A stretch of 64,000 nucleotides of DNA from a virus (lineage: Duplodnaviria; Caudoviricetes), in IMG/VR virus record IMGVR_UViG_2791354873_000003, positions 9,743-73,742 of that record; one strand, 5' to 3'. The first letter of the stretch is position 1, and each line of letters begins with the position of its first letter. The notes under the pieces are model-generated. The model worked only from the letters and a program-made list of their open reading frames with translations. It did not search any database and was not told the DNA's origin. The translations under genes were made by a program, and so were the position numbers. This document shows, piece after piece, positions 16,109 through 25,608 of this stretch.

Positions 16109-17411
16109 CCCGCCGGTTAAGCTGACGCCGAAGCAGGCGAACATCTACTGTTGGGGATTCCAGCCAGAGGCGCGTTTCCGTGATGCGGTATGCGGCCGCC
16201 GGTTCGGCAAGACCTTCCTCGGCAAGGCAGAGATGCGACGCGCGGCTCGACTGGCTGCGGAGTGGGGCGTGAGCGTCGAGGACGAGATCTGGTACGGCGC
16301 GCCGACGTTCAAGCAGGCCAAACGCGTGTTCTGGCGCCGTCTGAAGCAGGCCATTCCCGAAGCATGGCGCGCGGCCCGCCCCAACGAGACCGAATGCTCT
16401 ATCACGCTCAAGTCCGGCCACATCATGCGTGTGGTCGGCCTGGACAACTACGACAACCTTCGCGGCTCCGGTCTTTTCTTCGTCCTGGTGGATGAGTGGG
16501 CCGACTGCCCGTGGGCAGCGTGGGAAGAAGTGCTGCGTCCCATGCTCTCGACCTGCCAGTACACGATTCCCCAGTCCGGCGAATTGAGGAAGGGAGGCCA
16601 CGCGCTGAGGATCGGCACCCCCAAGGGTTTCAACCACTGCTATGACACCTACCGGGATGGCCAACCAGGTGGCGAGCCTGACCACAAGAGCTGGCAGTAC
16701 ACATCGCTCCAGGGTGGCAATGTCCCGGCCGAGGAGTTAGACGCGGCCCGGCGCAAGATGGACCCGCGCACGTTCCGCCAGGAATACGAGGCCGGGTTCG
16801 AGAATTACGCGGGTGTCGTCTACTACACCTTCGACCGGAATGAGTGCCGCACCAGCGCGCGCATCGAGCCAGGCGAGGCCCTACACATCGGCATGGACTT
16901 CAACGTCATGAAGATGGCCGCGGTCGTGTACGTCGTGCGCGACGGCCTGCCGCTGGCGCTGGACGAACTCCACTCGGTGCGTGACACGCCGGAGATGATC
17001 GACAAGATCAAGGCGCGATTCCCTGGGCATGGCATCTCCGTATATCCAGACGCCAGCGGCCAGAACACCAGCAGCAAGAATGCCAGTGAATCGGACCTGT
17101 CCTTGCTCAAGAAGGCAGGCTTCACCGTTGTGGTCGACTCGCAGAACCCTGGCGTCAAGGACCGCATTAACGCGGTCAACTCCATGTTCCTGAACACCTA
17201 CGGAGAGCGCCGTCTCAAGGTCAATATTGACCAGTGCCCGCAGCTCACACAGTGCCTGGAGCGCCAGACCTATACGGATAAAGGCGAACCGGACAAAGAC
17301 CCGAAGAAGGGTCACGACCACATGAACGACGCCGCGGGCTATTTCATCGCCAAGCGGTTCCCGATCAAGACTCAGTCCGCCGGCACCCGCCGCATCGGAG
17401 GTTTGGCGTAA
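16083..17411 (+). CDS. terL: Terminase large subunit
   Basis: CGRRFGKT Walker A, VLVDE Walker B, IGTPKG, GMDFN and DHMNDAAGY nuclease motifs. Confidence 0.95.
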   Translation: MSRLPRTYDPPVKLTPKQANIYCWGFQPEARFRDAVCGRRFGKTFLGKAEMRRAARLAAEWGVSVEDEIWYGAPTFKQAKRVFWRRLKQAIPEAWRAARPNETECSITLKSGHIMRVVGLDNYDNLRGSGLFFVLVDEWADCPWAAWEEVLRPMLSTCQYTIPQSGELRKGGHALRIGTPKGFNHCYDTYRDGQPGGEPDHKSWQYTSLQGGNVPAEELDAARRKMDPRTFRQEYEAGFENYAGVVYYTFDRNECRTSARIEPGEALHIGMDFNVMKMAAVVYVVRDGLPLALDELHSVRDTPEMIDKIKARFPGHGISVYPDASGQNTSSKNASESDLSLLKKAGFTVVVDSQNPGVKDRINAVNSMFLNTYGERRLKVNIDQCPQLTQCLERQTYTDKGEPDKDPKKGHDHMNDAAGYFIAKRFPIKTQSAGTRRIGGLA

Positions 17412-18871
17412 TGCCTGTTCAATCCACCAACCCAGAGTACGACGCTCACATCGAAGAGTGGCGGATGATGGACGATGCTCTGGAAGGCGAGTGCGCCATC
17501 AAGGGCAGTCCACGAAACCTGCCCAAGCCCAGCGGCATGGTCGAGGCTGAAAAGCTGGATGGCCAGGGTAATGCATATCTCTACCAGAACTATACGGCGC
17601 GGGCGCAGTACGAACACTGGGTGCGCGATTCACTGCGCTCGATGATGGGCCTGGTCTCCCGGCTCATTCCTGAGGTGAAGCTGCCCAGCGGTCTCAAGGA
17701 TCTAGAGGCCAATGCCACAGCCGATGGCTTCGGCCTGACCCAGCTTTTCCTGCGCATCGTTCGGCAGACCATCTCCCACGGCCGTGTGCCGCTTGTGGTC
17801 AACGTGGACGACAAGGGCCAGCCTTACTTTGCAACCTACGCCGCCCGGAACGGCATCAACTGGGACACCGCCGACCAAGGCGGGCGCCAGGATCTGGTGC
17901 TGGCCGTGTTCCGCGAGTTCCGCAAGATGGCGGAGGACCGCTACAGCCATGAGTGCCAGACGGTCTATCGCGAGTTCTTCATGCAGGGACAGGTCTGCTA
18001 CACGGCTGTGCGCAACGAAGCAGGCGAACTCATCGATGATGAGCGCCCCCTTGGCACCGTTGGCGCAGGCAACCAACTGGTGCGTGGGCTCGAGTACATC
18101 CCGGTCATCTACTGCGGATCGACCGACAATTCACCGGACGTGGACGAGATCCCGCTGCTGACGATGGCCAGGGCCGCGCTGAAGTCCTACCAGCTCAGCG
18201 CCGACTACTTCACCGCGCTGCACCAGACCAGCCACCCGCAGCCGTGGGTGTCGGGCCTGGACGAGAGCGTCGAGCTGAGCGTGACCGGGCCGTCTGCAGC
18301 CTGGGATCTCGGACCCAAGGGTCAGTGCGGCTATCTGGAGTTCCAAGGGGCAGGTGTTGAGGCTGTCCGAACGGCCATGTCTGACCAGAAGAGCGCAGCC
18401 CTAGAGGCTGGCGCCAAGGTCATGGACGTGTCCGGTACCGAGTCGGGAGAGGCACGCAAGACGCGCCAGAACGACCAGCATGCCACGCTGCACAGCATCG
18501 TCATCACCGCAGCGGCAGCCATTGAGCAGGCCTTGCGGTACGCCGCCGAGTGGACTGGCTACAACCCGGACGACGTGGTCTTCACGGTCAAGCCGGAGTT
18601 CGTCATACCTGAGGTCAACGCCCAGGTGCTGGCTGAGCTGCAGAAGAGCGTCATGGCCGGCACGATCAGCGCCGAGACCTACTGGCAGTACCTCACCACC
18701 GGCAAGCTGCCCGAGCGGGCCTACGACGAAGAGGCCGGGCTGATCAGCGACGAGCGTGAGTCGGCCGGCATCAATCTGGACAAAGACGATGGCGACGAAA
18801 CCGACGCAAACGGCGGACGAGATGCTGCTGGAGCAGGTCAGTCGGCACGCGGTGCTGCTGGAGCGGCTTAA
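17411..18871 (+). CDS. Portal protein (DUF4055-type)
   Basis: 486 aa after terL; PVIYCGSTDNSPDVDEIPLLTMA region. Confidence 0.85.
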   Translation: MPVQSTNPEYDAHIEEWRMMDDALEGECAIKGSPRNLPKPSGMVEAEKLDGQGNAYLYQNYTARAQYEHWVRDSLRSMMGLVSRLIPEVKLPSGLKDLEANATADGFGLTQLFLRIVRQTISHGRVPLVVNVDDKGQPYFATYAARNGINWDTADQGGRQDLVLAVFREFRKMAEDRYSHECQTVYREFFMQGQVCYTAVRNEAGELIDDERPLGTVGAGNQLVRGLEYIPVIYCGSTDNSPDVDEIPLLTMARAALKSYQLSADYFTALHQTSHPQPWVSGLDESVELSVTGPSAAWDLGPKGQCGYLEFQGAGVEAVRTAMSDQKSAALEAGAKVMDVSGTESGEARKTRQNDQHATLHSIVITAAAAIEQALRYAAEWTGYNPDDVVFTVKPEFVIPEVNAQVLAELQKSVMAGTISAETYWQYLTTGKLPERAYDEEAGLISDERESAGINLDKDDGDETDANGGRDAAGAGQSARGAAGAA

Positions 18872-19883
18872 AGCGGGTGAGGTCAAGAAGTTCGAGACGG
18901 TCCTGCGCCAGGTGGATACCCAAGTGCGGGACCAGCTGACCCGTAAGGAGCTCACGACCTACAGCCGAACCCGGCTTGAGGAGTTCCTGGGTCGAGTTGG
19001 CGGCAAGCTGCTGGGCATCTACCAAGCGTTTGGCGATCGCATGCAGGCAGACTTGGTGGACATCGCGCTGTACCTGGCCGCTTTCGAAAGCCGGAGCCTG
19101 TCCAAGGCACTGCTCATCAATGCCATCATGCCGACCGACTCGCTGATCCGGGCCGCGATCAATACCCAGCCTCTGCAAGTGGCGGGCATTGACGGCGGCA
19201 CGCTGCTTAAGCCCTTCCTGACGGGCTGGACGCGTACCGAGGGGACACGCGTAACTAACGCCATCCGGCTCGGCGTGGTCCAGGGACAGACCAACGCCCA
19301 GATTACCCAGGCGATCCGCGGCACGGCCGCGCAGAACTTCACCGATGGCGTGCTGGCGGTCAGTAACCGTAACGCCAGGTCGGTTGTGCACACCGCCGTA
19401 CAGCACGTATCTGCAACGGCTCGCATGGAAACGATGGCTGCGAACGCTGAGTTCATACCGGGCTATCGCATCGTGGCTACTCTGGACCGGAAGACCAGCC
19501 AGCAGTGCAAGAGCCTGGACGGGCGTGAGTTCGAGGTAGGGAAAGGGCCGGTGCCGCCGTTCCACATCAACTGCCGCACGACCATCACGCCCATCACCAA
19601 GCTGTCAGCAGCATTCGCGAAGGGCGCCACGCGCGCATCTGTGGGCGCATCTGGCGGCGCGCAGGTCTCCGCCAGCCTCAGCTACTACCAGTGGCTGAAA
19701 ACGCAGCCACCGGCGTTCCAGGACGCTGCGCTGGGACCGGTGCGCGCAAAGCTGTTCCGCGATGGCGGGCTTACTGCCGAGCGCTTCGCCGCGTTACAGC
19801 TGGACAAGAACTTCAAGCCGCTGACGCTGGATCAGCTCAAGGAGCTGGAGCCGTTGGCGTTCGAGAGGGCCGGTCTTAACTGA
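18789..19883 (+). CDS. Minor head protein (SPP1 gp7/Mu F-like)
   Basis: ATLDRKTSQQC and PPFHINCRT motifs. Confidence 0.9.
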   Translation: MATKPTQTADEMLLEQVSRHAVLLERLKAGEVKKFETVLRQVDTQVRDQLTRKELTTYSRTRLEEFLGRVGGKLLGIYQAFGDRMQADLVDIALYLAAFESRSLSKALLINAIMPTDSLIRAAINTQPLQVAGIDGGTLLKPFLTGWTRTEGTRVTNAIRLGVVQGQTNAQITQAIRGTAAQNFTDGVLAVSNRNARSVVHTAVQHVSATARMETMAANAEFIPGYRIVATLDRKTSQQCKSLDGREFEVGKGPVPPFHINCRTTITPITKLSAAFAKGATRASVGASGGAQVSASLSYYQWLKTQPPAFQDAALGPVRAKLFRDGGLTAERFAALQLDKNFKPLTLDQLKELEPLAFERAGLN

Positions 19884-19885
19884 CC

Positions 19886-19922
19886 CGCGCCACAAAACAA
19901 CTAGCCACGATTTCGTGGCGCG
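19886..19922. repeat. 37-bp palindromic element, copy 2
   Basis: CGCGCCACAAAA-13 nt-TTTCGTGGCGCG. Confidence 0.8.
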
Positions 19923-19928
19923 AACTAC

Positions 19929-19952
19929 GGCCTCGCATTGCGGGGCCTTTTT
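19929..19952 (+). terminator. Intrinsic terminator-like hairpin
   Basis: GGCCTCGC-att-GCGGGGCC followed by TTTTT. Confidence 0.6.
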
Positions 19953-19995
19953 CTGCCCGCCAGGCGGGCCTACTCAGTCCCCAGGGGATAGCCAC

Positions 19996-20769
19996 ATGCC
20001 TTTTGACTTCGACCCGGCCGCCCACGGCCTGACCCTCGACGAAACCCAAACTGCCGCGCTGAAGGCAGCGCTCGGCGGCGAGGTACAGAAATTCCTGGAC
20101 GGGGAGGTCTCGGGCCTCAAGTCCAAGAATCGGGAGTTGATCGACTCCAATAAGACCATCAAGACCGAACTGGACGGCCTCAAGGGCAAGTTCGAAGGCC
20201 TGGACATCGAAGCCGTCAAAGGCCTGCTGGCCAAGGCCGGCCAAGACGAAGAAACCAAGCTGATTGCCGAGGGCAAGCTGGACGAGGTCATCAGCCGCCG
20301 CACTGAGCGCCTGCGCACCGATCTGGACAAGCAGGTCAAGGCTGCCAACGAGCGTGCCGACAAGGCCGAGGCCTTTGCTGCCAAGTACAGCGACAAGGTA
20401 CTGGCTGACTCCATCCGCGCTGCCGCCATCAAGGCTGGCGCGCTGCCCGAGGCTGCCGAGGACATCATCCTCCGCGCCCGCGGCACCTTCAAATTGAGCG
20501 AAGACGGCGAGCCCGTTGCCACCGACCGTGCCGGCGAAGTCGTGTACGGGAAGGACGGCAAGACCCCGCTGTCTCCCCTCGAATGGGCGGAATCGCTGCG
20601 CGAAACCGCTACCCACCTGTGGCCAAGGGCTCAGGGTGCCGGACAGACCGGCGACAACGGTGGCAAGGCCACGAAGAAATGGGGCGAGTACTCCGAGCAA
20701 GAGCGCGCCGCGCTGGCTCGAGACAACCCTGAAGCGTTCAAGCGACTCCAAGCCACCCAAGGAACCTAA
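19996..20769 (+). CDS. Capsid scaffolding protein
   Basis: Coiled-coil Lys/Glu/Ala-rich protein before the capsid gene; start MPFDFDP. Confidence 0.85.
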   Translation: MPFDFDPAAHGLTLDETQTAALKAALGGEVQKFLDGEVSGLKSKNRELIDSNKTIKTELDGLKGKFEGLDIEAVKGLLAKAGQDEETKLIAEGKLDEVISRRTERLRTDLDKQVKAANERADKAEAFAAKYSDKVLADSIRAAAIKAGALPEAAEDIILRARGTFKLSEDGEPVATDRAGEVVYGKDGKTPLSPLEWAESLRETATHLWPRAQGAGQTGDNGGKATKKWGEYSEQERAALARDNPEAFKRLQATQGT

Positions 20770-20772
20770 TCC

Positions 20773-21750
20773 ATGGCAACTACTCAGCTGTCGGACATTT
20801 TCGTCCGCGACTACTACGGCGCGTTGGCGCCGGTGAACACCCCTGAAAAAACCGCCGTCTTCGAATCGGGCATCGTGACCCGCTCGCCGACGCTGGACAA
20901 CATCGCCAACAACGGCCAGGGCACCTCCGAGATCAGCTACTGGCAGGATCTCGATGCCGACGAGGCGCCGAACATCTCCAACGACAACCCGGATGACCTC
21001 GGCGAGGTCGGCAAGGCTGAGCAAGGCAGCATGCGCGCGCGCACGCTGTACCTCAACAAGGGCTATGGTGTCGCTGACCTCACGGCCGAACTGGCCAATA
21101 GCGAGCCGATGCAGCACATCCGCAACCGCTTCGGCACGTACTGGACCCGTCAGTGGCAGCGGTACCTGCTGGGTGCTGCACGAGGCATCATCGCCTCGAA
21201 CATCGCCAACAACGGGGGTGACATGGTCAAGGACGCCGGTGCCAGCATCAGCGCCTCCGCGTTCCAGGATGCGGCTTTCACCGCCGGCGACGCGGCTGAC
21301 ATGTTCGGCGCTATCGGCGTGCACTCGGTCGTCATGAACCAGATGGTCAAGCAGGATCTGATCGAGTACCTGCGCGACTCCACTGGCAAGATCATCCTGG
21401 CCACCTATCTCGGCAAGCCCGTCTTCATGGACGACAGCCTGACCTACGCGTCCGGCCAGTTCCTGTCGGTCTTCTTCGGCCAGGGCGCATTCGGCTACGG
21501 CGAAGGCACCCCTCACACCCCCGTCGAGATGCAACGCAAGCCTGACGGCGGTAACGGTGGTGGCGCCGAGGTTCTGTGGGAGCGCAAGACCTTCATCCTG
21601 CAGCCTGCCGGTTTCAGCTGGAAGGGCAGCAACAACCTGAACCTGAGCCCGAATGCCACCCAGTACGCCAGCGCGGCGAACTGGGAGCGAGTATTCGATC
21701 GCAAGCAGGTACCGTTCGCCGCGGTCATCAGCGGCACCGCCACCCCTTGA
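20773..21750 (+). CDS. Major capsid protein
   Basis: 325 aa after scaffold; ATYLGKPVFMDDSL typical of HK97-fold coat proteins. Confidence 0.9.
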   Translation: MATTQLSDIFVRDYYGALAPVNTPEKTAVFESGIVTRSPTLDNIANNGQGTSEISYWQDLDADEAPNISNDNPDDLGEVGKAEQGSMRARTLYLNKGYGVADLTAELANSEPMQHIRNRFGTYWTRQWQRYLLGAARGIIASNIANNGGDMVKDAGASISASAFQDAAFTAGDAADMFGAIGVHSVVMNQMVKQDLIEYLRDSTGKIILATYLGKPVFMDDSLTYASGQFLSVFFGQGAFGYGEGTPHTPVEMQRKPDGGNGGGAEVLWERKTFILQPAGFSWKGSNNLNLSPNATQYASAANWERVFDRKQVPFAAVISGTATP

Positions 21751-21796
21751 CCCGCCAGGCGGGGCGCTGACCTAGCGCCCTGCGCAGGAGACCACC

Positions 21797-22102
21797 ATGA
21801 AAGTCATCTACACCGACAAGCCCGGCCGTGAGCGCGGCGTTTGCTATCGACTCCTGAGCCAGTTCTTCGGAGTCATCGACGGAGCCACACAGGTTGTGAT
21901 CGAGGGTGACGCGCCCGAGATCGTCGAGGCCTACGAGGCGGCCGGTATCAAGGTTGGCGAGCAATCCAGGGGCGACCAGTCTGAAACCGACCCGCACAAG
22001 ATGAACGTCCCCGAGCTTAAGGAATGGCTCACCTCCAAGGGTATCGAGTTCGACGCCAGCGCGAAGAAGCCCGACCTGCAAGCCCTGATCCCGCAGGAGT
22101 GA
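21797..22102 (+). CDS. Head accessory protein with C-terminal HeH/LEM-like motif
   Basis: KMNVPELKEWLTSKGIEFDASAKKPDL. Confidence 0.75.
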   Translation: MKVIYTDKPGRERGVCYRLLSQFFGVIDGATQVVIEGDAPEIVEAYEAAGIKVGEQSRGDQSETDPHKMNVPELKEWLTSKGIEFDASAKKPDLQALIPQE

Positions 22103-22105
22103 CCG

Positions 22106-22483
22106 ATGACCGACTTCATCACCGTTGCTGACGTCGATGAGGCGCTCGGGCAGGGCTGGGCTAGCGCCGGTGATGCGGTCCTTGCCGTGGCCATGGCCAA
22201 CGCCTGGCTCACGGCCAAGATCAAGCGCGCGTTGCCCGAGGTAGTGCCGGTTGCCATCAAATCCGCTGGGGCCCAGGTGGCCAAGCTGGCTGTGGCCGGC
22301 AAGCTCTACAAGGACACCGAGCGCGAGGTGCAGAGCAAGACCGTATCGGCCCAGTCCGGAACGTCGACCAGCAAGACCTACGAGGCAGGCTCCGTCGCGC
22401 GCTCGAGCGCCGAGAACTATGCGCTGGACCTGATCGCGCCCTGGACCCGCCGCCAGGGCACCGTGATGCTCAAGAGGGTCTAG
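22106..22483 (+). CDS. Head-tail adaptor
   Basis: Size and position in the neck module. Confidence 0.7.
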   Translation: MTDFITVADVDEALGQGWASAGDAVLAVAMANAWLTAKIKRALPEVVPVAIKSAGAQVAKLAVAGKLYKDTEREVQSKTVSAQSGTSTSKTYEAGSVARSSAENYALDLIAPWTRRQGTVMLKRV

Positions 22484-22486
22484 GCC

Positions 22487-22879
22487 ATGGGCATGCGTGA
22501 AGAAATCCAAGCGGACTTGGCCGAGGCATTCGACGACCCCGACGGCCTCGCCGATGCAGTCCGCCCAGTGGAGGGGGCTCGCTCCATCAAGGGCGGCTAC
22601 GACCCTGCCATCGGCGGCACGGTGCCGGCATCCACGCTTCACTACACGGGCCGCGGTGTCTTTGGGAGCTACCTAGCCAAGGAGATCGACGGCTCACGTA
22701 TCCAGACCCAGGACGTGAAGCTGCTGGTGCTGCAGAACGAGTTGTTCGAAGAGCAGGCCGATGCTGTGACAGCCATCCCGGCAGAACCGAAGATCGGTGA
22801 CCTGATCAGCGGGTTTCGGACGCTCAACGTCTCCGAAGACCCAGCCAAGGCCACCTGGACCGTCCAACTGAGGAAGTGA
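22487..22879 (+). CDS. Head closure / head-tail joining protein
   Basis: Position; EIDGSRIQTQDVKLLVLQ. Confidence 0.7.
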   Translation: MGMREEIQADLAEAFDDPDGLADAVRPVEGARSIKGGYDPAIGGTVPASTLHYTGRGVFGSYLAKEIDGSRIQTQDVKLLVLQNELFEEQADAVTAIPAEPKIGDLISGFRTLNVSEDPAKATWTVQLRK

Positions 22880-22880
22880 C

Positions 22881-23555
22881 ATGCCACGCGGATCACACAT
22901 GACCCAGCGCTATGGCGGGCTTGAGGGAGGGTTCGCCGAGAGCATCCGCGCTTTTGCCGAGCAGGCGCAGCAAGCATTGGACGCCACCTTCCGCGAGATC
23001 GTGATCGAGATTGGCAGCAGTGTAATCCGCATGTCTCCGGTGGGTAACCCGGAGATCTGGGCGGTCAACCTGGCGCACCGAGAAGCCCGCACTGCCGAGG
23101 CTGACCGCTATGACGCCAAGGTCGCAGCGCGCAACGAGGCCATCAACCAGAATCCGAGCAACTTCACCAGGTCGGGCAATCTCAGGCGGGGCGTGCGCTA
23201 CGCCAAGCCGCTGACCAAGACCGAGCGGGACCAGAACTTCTACGTGAATGGTCTGGTAGCGGGTCAGGGCTACGTCGGTGGCCGCTTCCGGGGTAACTGG
23301 CAGTTCTCCATCGACTCGCCCGCTACTGAGGAGCTTGACCGTATCGACCCATCCGGCAGCGAGACGATTGCTGCGCTGGTGAGTCAGGTGCAGGCGCTGA
23401 CCATCGCCCAGACGGCCTATATCGTGAACAACCTGCCATATGCGATTCCGCTGGAATACGGGCATTCAACCCAAGCCCCGGCCGGCATGGTCCGGGTCAC
23501 CCTGGCCAACTTCCAGCGCATCGTCGACGAAGCTACCAGGAACAACAGCGTATGA
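22881..23555 (+). CDS. HK97 gp10-like tail completion protein
   Basis: GGRFRGNWQ and NNLPYAIPLEYGHSTQAPAGMVR motifs. Confidence 0.85.
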   Translation: MPRGSHMTQRYGGLEGGFAESIRAFAEQAQQALDATFREIVIEIGSSVIRMSPVGNPEIWAVNLAHREARTAEADRYDAKVAARNEAINQNPSNFTRSGNLRRGVRYAKPLTKTERDQNFYVNGLVAGQGYVGGRFRGNWQFSIDSPATEELDRIDPSGSETIAALVSQVQALTIAQTAYIVNNLPYAIPLEYGHSTQAPAGMVRVTLANFQRIVDEATRNNSV

Positions 23556-23989
23556 GCCATGCACGAGCCCGTCAGGCCATCGAGGTCAAGCTGATGGCCT
23601 GGGCCGCCGCGCGCCCGATCCGGGTGGCCAACTCCGAGGAGGGGTTCGAGGCCGAGTCCGGTGAGACCTATCTTCGAGCCTACTTGCTGCCGGCCAGCAC
23701 CACCTGCCGCTACCTGGGCGGCGACGCCTACGAATACACCGGCGTCTACCAGATCAGCATCGTTTGCCCGGCAGGCCAGCCCCTGGGCGTTGCCGAATCA
23801 CTGGTCGACGAGCTGAGCAGCCTGTTCCGGGTTGATACAGAGCTAAGCCGCAGCGGCTTCGAAGGCCTGCTCACCGAGCCACTGGAGCAGGGCCCAACCA
23901 TTACCGAGTCGGCGACCTATACGGTCCCGACCAGCTTCACCTACCGCGGAGTCGCGGACCAGCCAACCTTCCAGGAACAGAGCCCATGA
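23552..23989 (+). CDS. Tail terminator (DUF4128-like)
   Basis: YTGVYQISIVCPAGQ motif; position. Confidence 0.8.
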   Translation: MSHARARQAIEVKLMAWAAARPIRVANSEEGFEAESGETYLRAYLLPASTTCRYLGGDAYEYTGVYQISIVCPAGQPLGVAESLVDELSSLFRVDTELSRSGFEGLLTEPLEQGPTITESATYTVPTSFTYRGVADQPTFQEQSP

Positions 23990-24177
23990 GCCAGCATCCA
24001 GCCATTTCTCAGCCTGCTCAGCTGTCGCCTCCTTTCGTGCTCCGGGATGGCCAGCTGTTTATGAACGACGCCTTGATTCAGCCGGCCAGTGCGCATCCGA
24101 AGAGCCAGATAGAACGCATTGAGGCCGCATTCAAGCGGCGGTTCATTGCAGACCTTAAGTTCAGTTGGAACAACTAG
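23986..24177 (+). CDS. Small hypothetical protein between terminator and tail tube genes
   Basis: 63-aa ORF with ATGA overlap; contains VLRDGQLFMNDALIQ. Confidence 0.5.
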   Translation: MSQHPAISQPAQLSPPFVLRDGQLFMNDALIQPASAHPKSQIERIEAAFKRRFIADLKFSWNN

Positions 24178-24238
24178 AACCCGCCACCACTGTCCGCTGC
24201 GTGCGGACATTTTTGTTTCTACTCAAGAGGAAAACACC

Positions 24239-24898
24239 ATGGCCGCACGCTTCCCGCTGCCGAACGGCTCTGTGCTGGAAATCGCCAGCGTACTCGCCGC
24301 TGCCGTTGCCTTCACTGCTCTGACCAACGCTGCACCTCCAGTGGCCACCGCCGCGGGGCACAATATCAAGAACGGCGACGTCCTGGTCGTCAGTTCTGGC
24401 TGGTCGCTTATCAACGACCGCGCGGTACGCGCTGCCAGTGTTGCCGCTGACAAGTTCTCGATGGCTGGCCTGAACACCACCAACGCCGACAAGTACACCG
24501 CCGGTGCAGGTGTCGGGTCTGTGATCCCTGTGACCAATTGGGCTCAGATCTCGAAGGTGACCGCCTTCACCTCTTCCGGCGGCGAGCAGCAGTACCTCAC
24601 TGTCGGGTACCTGGAGGACGATGACGATCGACAGTTCCCTACCAACCGCAACCCCATCACCTTGTCGATCACTGTCGAAGATCAGCCTGCGGCTGCCTAC
24701 GTGGGCCTGGTCGAAGCGTACGGCGACAGCAAAGAGCTGACGGTCGTCCGCCTCAAGTTGCCCAACGGCGACCAGATCCTCTACCCGGGCTACGTGAGCA
24801 TCACCACCACCCCGACCATGGAACGCAACAACCTGATGACGCGAACCATCAGCATCGCGCTCTCGGGCCGTCCGGTTCGCTACCTGGCTGCTGCCTAA
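24239..24898 (+). CDS. Major tail (tube) protein
   Basis: MAARFPLPNGS start; SGGEQQY and QFPTNRNP motifs; GAGGA SD. Confidence 0.9.
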   Translation: MAARFPLPNGSVLEIASVLAAAVAFTALTNAAPPVATAAGHNIKNGDVLVVSSGWSLINDRAVRAASVAADKFSMAGLNTTNADKYTAGAGVGSVIPVTNWAQISKVTAFTSSGGEQQYLTVGYLEDDDDRQFPTNRNPITLSITVEDQPAAAYVGLVEAYGDSKELTVVRLKLPNGDQILYPGYVSITTTPTMERNNLMTRTISIALSGRPVRYLAAA

Positions 24899-24907
24899 GG
24901 AAACCTC

Positions 24908-25291
24908 ATGGCGAAGATCAAAATCGCGCAGAACCCGACCTTTACTGCCGAGGTGCAGGTGCCTCGAATCGGTGGAGAGTCGGTGCCGGTGGAGTTCGAG
25001 TTCCGCTACATGGACCGCGTGACGCTGGCTGGCATGTTTGATCGCTGGAACAAGGCGCGCGACGCCTGGGCAGAGAAGGCCAAGGCCGACAACGTCACCT
25101 GGGAAGAGGTGACAACCGGCGAGATTGCTCTGCAGGCTGAGCAACTGGGCGAAATCGTCACCGGGTGGGACTTGGAGGACAAGTTCAGCCCGAAGGCGAT
25201 CCTCGAGTTGGTACGTACCTGCACGGGAGCGCCAAAGGCCGTCATCGACGCCTTCCAGGCTGCCTACAGCCCGGCCCGCTTGGGAAACTGA
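24908..25291 (+). CDS. Tail assembly chaperone (G-like)
   Basis: Between tube and tape measure genes; ends in the slippery G GGA AAC TGA. Confidence 0.88.
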   Translation: MAKIKIAQNPTFTAEVQVPRIGGESVPVEFEFRYMDRVTLAGMFDRWNKARDAWAEKAKADNVTWEEVTTGEIALQAEQLGEIVTGWDLEDKFSPKAILELVRTCTGAPKAVIDAFQAAYSPARLGN

Positions 25292-25605
25292 GGGCGGCCG
25301 CCCGCGCGTGCTACGAGCAGGGTCCTTCTGCTGAGCAGTTGGCCGCTCTCGGCCTGACCTTGGCTGACATTGCGGAGGATGAAGTGGAGGTGTGGCCAGA
25401 TGCCTGGCCTGCCTTCCGGCTGTTCGACGCAATGGGCACGCAATGGCGAGTCGGCACAGGCGGCCCGTCTGGACTGGATTACACGGTAATTCCGACAGCA
25501 GCCTCAATGCTGGGCATCAAGCGCCGCGACCTTCCCGACATTTTTCCCGACCTCCGCGTGATGGAAGTCGAGGCCCTGGCCGTCATGGCCGAATCCATGG
25601 AGTAG
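25282..25605 (+). CDS. Tail assembly chaperone extension (T-like, DUF1799-type), reached by -1 frameshift
   Basis: -1 frame GKLRAAARACYEQG...VWPDAWPAFRLFDAMGTQWR...GLDY...RVMEVEAL. Confidence 0.85.
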   Translation, partial: GKLRAAARACYEQGPSAEQLAALGLTLADIAEDEVEVWPDAWPAFRLFDAMGTQWRVGTGGPSGLDYTVIPTAASMLGIKRRDLPDIFPDLRVMEVEALAVMAESME

Positions 25606-25608
25606 ATC

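Noticed and set aside
19876-21534. 552-aa minus-strand ORF, and similar long antisense ORFs at 24161-25507 and 34026-35756
   Set aside because: Antisense shadows of high-GC structural genes with no recognisable motifs.
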